Below, one piece after another: positions 62,985 through 64,000 of a DNA stretch of 64,000 nucleotides. Position 1 is the stretch's first letter. Each line of letters begins with the position of its first letter. Under the pieces are notes generated by a model. It ran no database searches and was not told the origin of the DNA. It worked only from the letters and a program-made list of their open reading frames with translations. This stretch comes from Mobula hypostoma (lineage: Eukaryota), in the NCBI RefSeq assembly GCF_963921235.1, contig NC_086108.1, positions 64,482,001 through 64,546,000 on the forward strand, written 5' to 3'. The position numbers and the translations under genes are program-made.

Positions 62985-64000
62985 GTAGGATACATTTTTG
63001 CAACATTTGTATCCCTTTAGAGGCCAGCATGGTATTTTATTAAACTTTTTCCCCGTCTCTTTTTTTCCTGCGTTCTGCTGCCTCAGATCAGTGAGTGGGC
63101 TCAGCGATCTGCCCCATTGAGGCACATGGCTAATGGCGGATACGTATTAATATTTATTATTTTGACTGTAATTTTTTAGAATATACTTTTACAAATTATA
63201 TAAGTTCCAAGAGCGGTTTTTGCATGAGTGCTGTGTATTTCTGAAGACTTTCCCAGGCCAGCGAAGTGTGGCGATGGCTGCTGTTATTTTTTTGGAAGGG
63301 GGGTGGGTGGAAAGCGAGCGATGGGGAAGCACGCTTTTGTTTTGACTGTAAGGTACCGAGTTTACTCACAACAGCAGTGCAGGGAAGTTTGATTTAAATA
63401 ATATCTTTGATAACAATCCCGCTAATGCCTGCTCAGCACGCCGCAGCGCTTGGCCAGCGGGTTCGGCTTGCACTGCGCTCGGTGTGTTCGCTGGTTTTCC
63501 CAGGCTGAAGTAGACTTGACGGCGAGAGTTTCTTGGCGGGGCACCGAGGTTCCGTCAGGTGTGGAGTATCGTCTAGCCAAGTTGCTTTCCCTAGGAGGTT
63601 GAGCTGTTGTAACTTTCTGGAGCTCTTCTGCAAACACTGCGATTTGATGGGTGGTTGCGGGCATTGTGGTTTAGAAACGACATCGGCTTCTCTTTCGAGT
63701 TTCTTTTTATTATTTGCCTTAACAATTTCTCCCACCCATCATCTATGTCATTACTCTCTGGAAGTTGGGACCTTTCAGTTGGCGACCCCAAAGGTTTACC
63801 CCTTTGACAGTGTTTTATTGATGCTTCTTTTGAAGAAGGTCGGGGTTTCCCCGGTGAAAGCGTTGGCTGCTGGCGGGCCGCGTTTCTTTACACTTAAGTT
63901 TCCAGATTGCGGTTTTGCTTTGAAATCTGTTTTATTTTATCCTTACACACACCCGAGGAAATTTAACCCACGGTAATTCCAAGACTTTTATTTCAAAACG

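Noticed and set aside
63422..63976. 80-147 aa ORFs after exon 1
   Set aside because: Within GC-rich intron 1; none encodes the NFI exon 2 sequence DEFHPF or any recognisable domain.

Overview
Vertebrate genomic DNA. The repeat set (CR1, Rex1/Babar, Penelope, tRNA SINEs) points to a cartilaginous fish, probably a ray; this is an inference. Positions 1-~47 kb are CpG-depleted intergenic DNA packed with decayed, often nested transposons: CR1 and Rex1/Babar LINEs, Penelope-like elements, two Tc1 copies, hAT MITEs and SINEs. From ~47.2 kb to the end the DNA is almost transposon-free and AT-rich yet keeps its CpGs. It leads up to the 27-nt first coding exon of a Nuclear Factor I gene (MYSPLCLTQ|GT, 62958-62984, best match NFIA), which the ORF track misses. 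Most notable: (i) the NFIA leader has a strong-context 27-aa proline-tailed uORF whose stop overlaps the main start (TAATG), plus an ATG-TGA start-stop element; (ii) about ten minimal hammerhead-ribozyme motifs lie in Penelope terminal repeats, including two short TSD-flanked palindromic insertions with a motif on each strand; (iii) there is a candidate upstream alternative first exon, ZNF143/NRF1/CCAAT promoter modules and a tRNA-like relic. No intact transposon and no prokaryotic or CRISPR features were seen. I cannot claim a proven new system; the items above are the best leads. Boundaries of decayed repeats are approximate.
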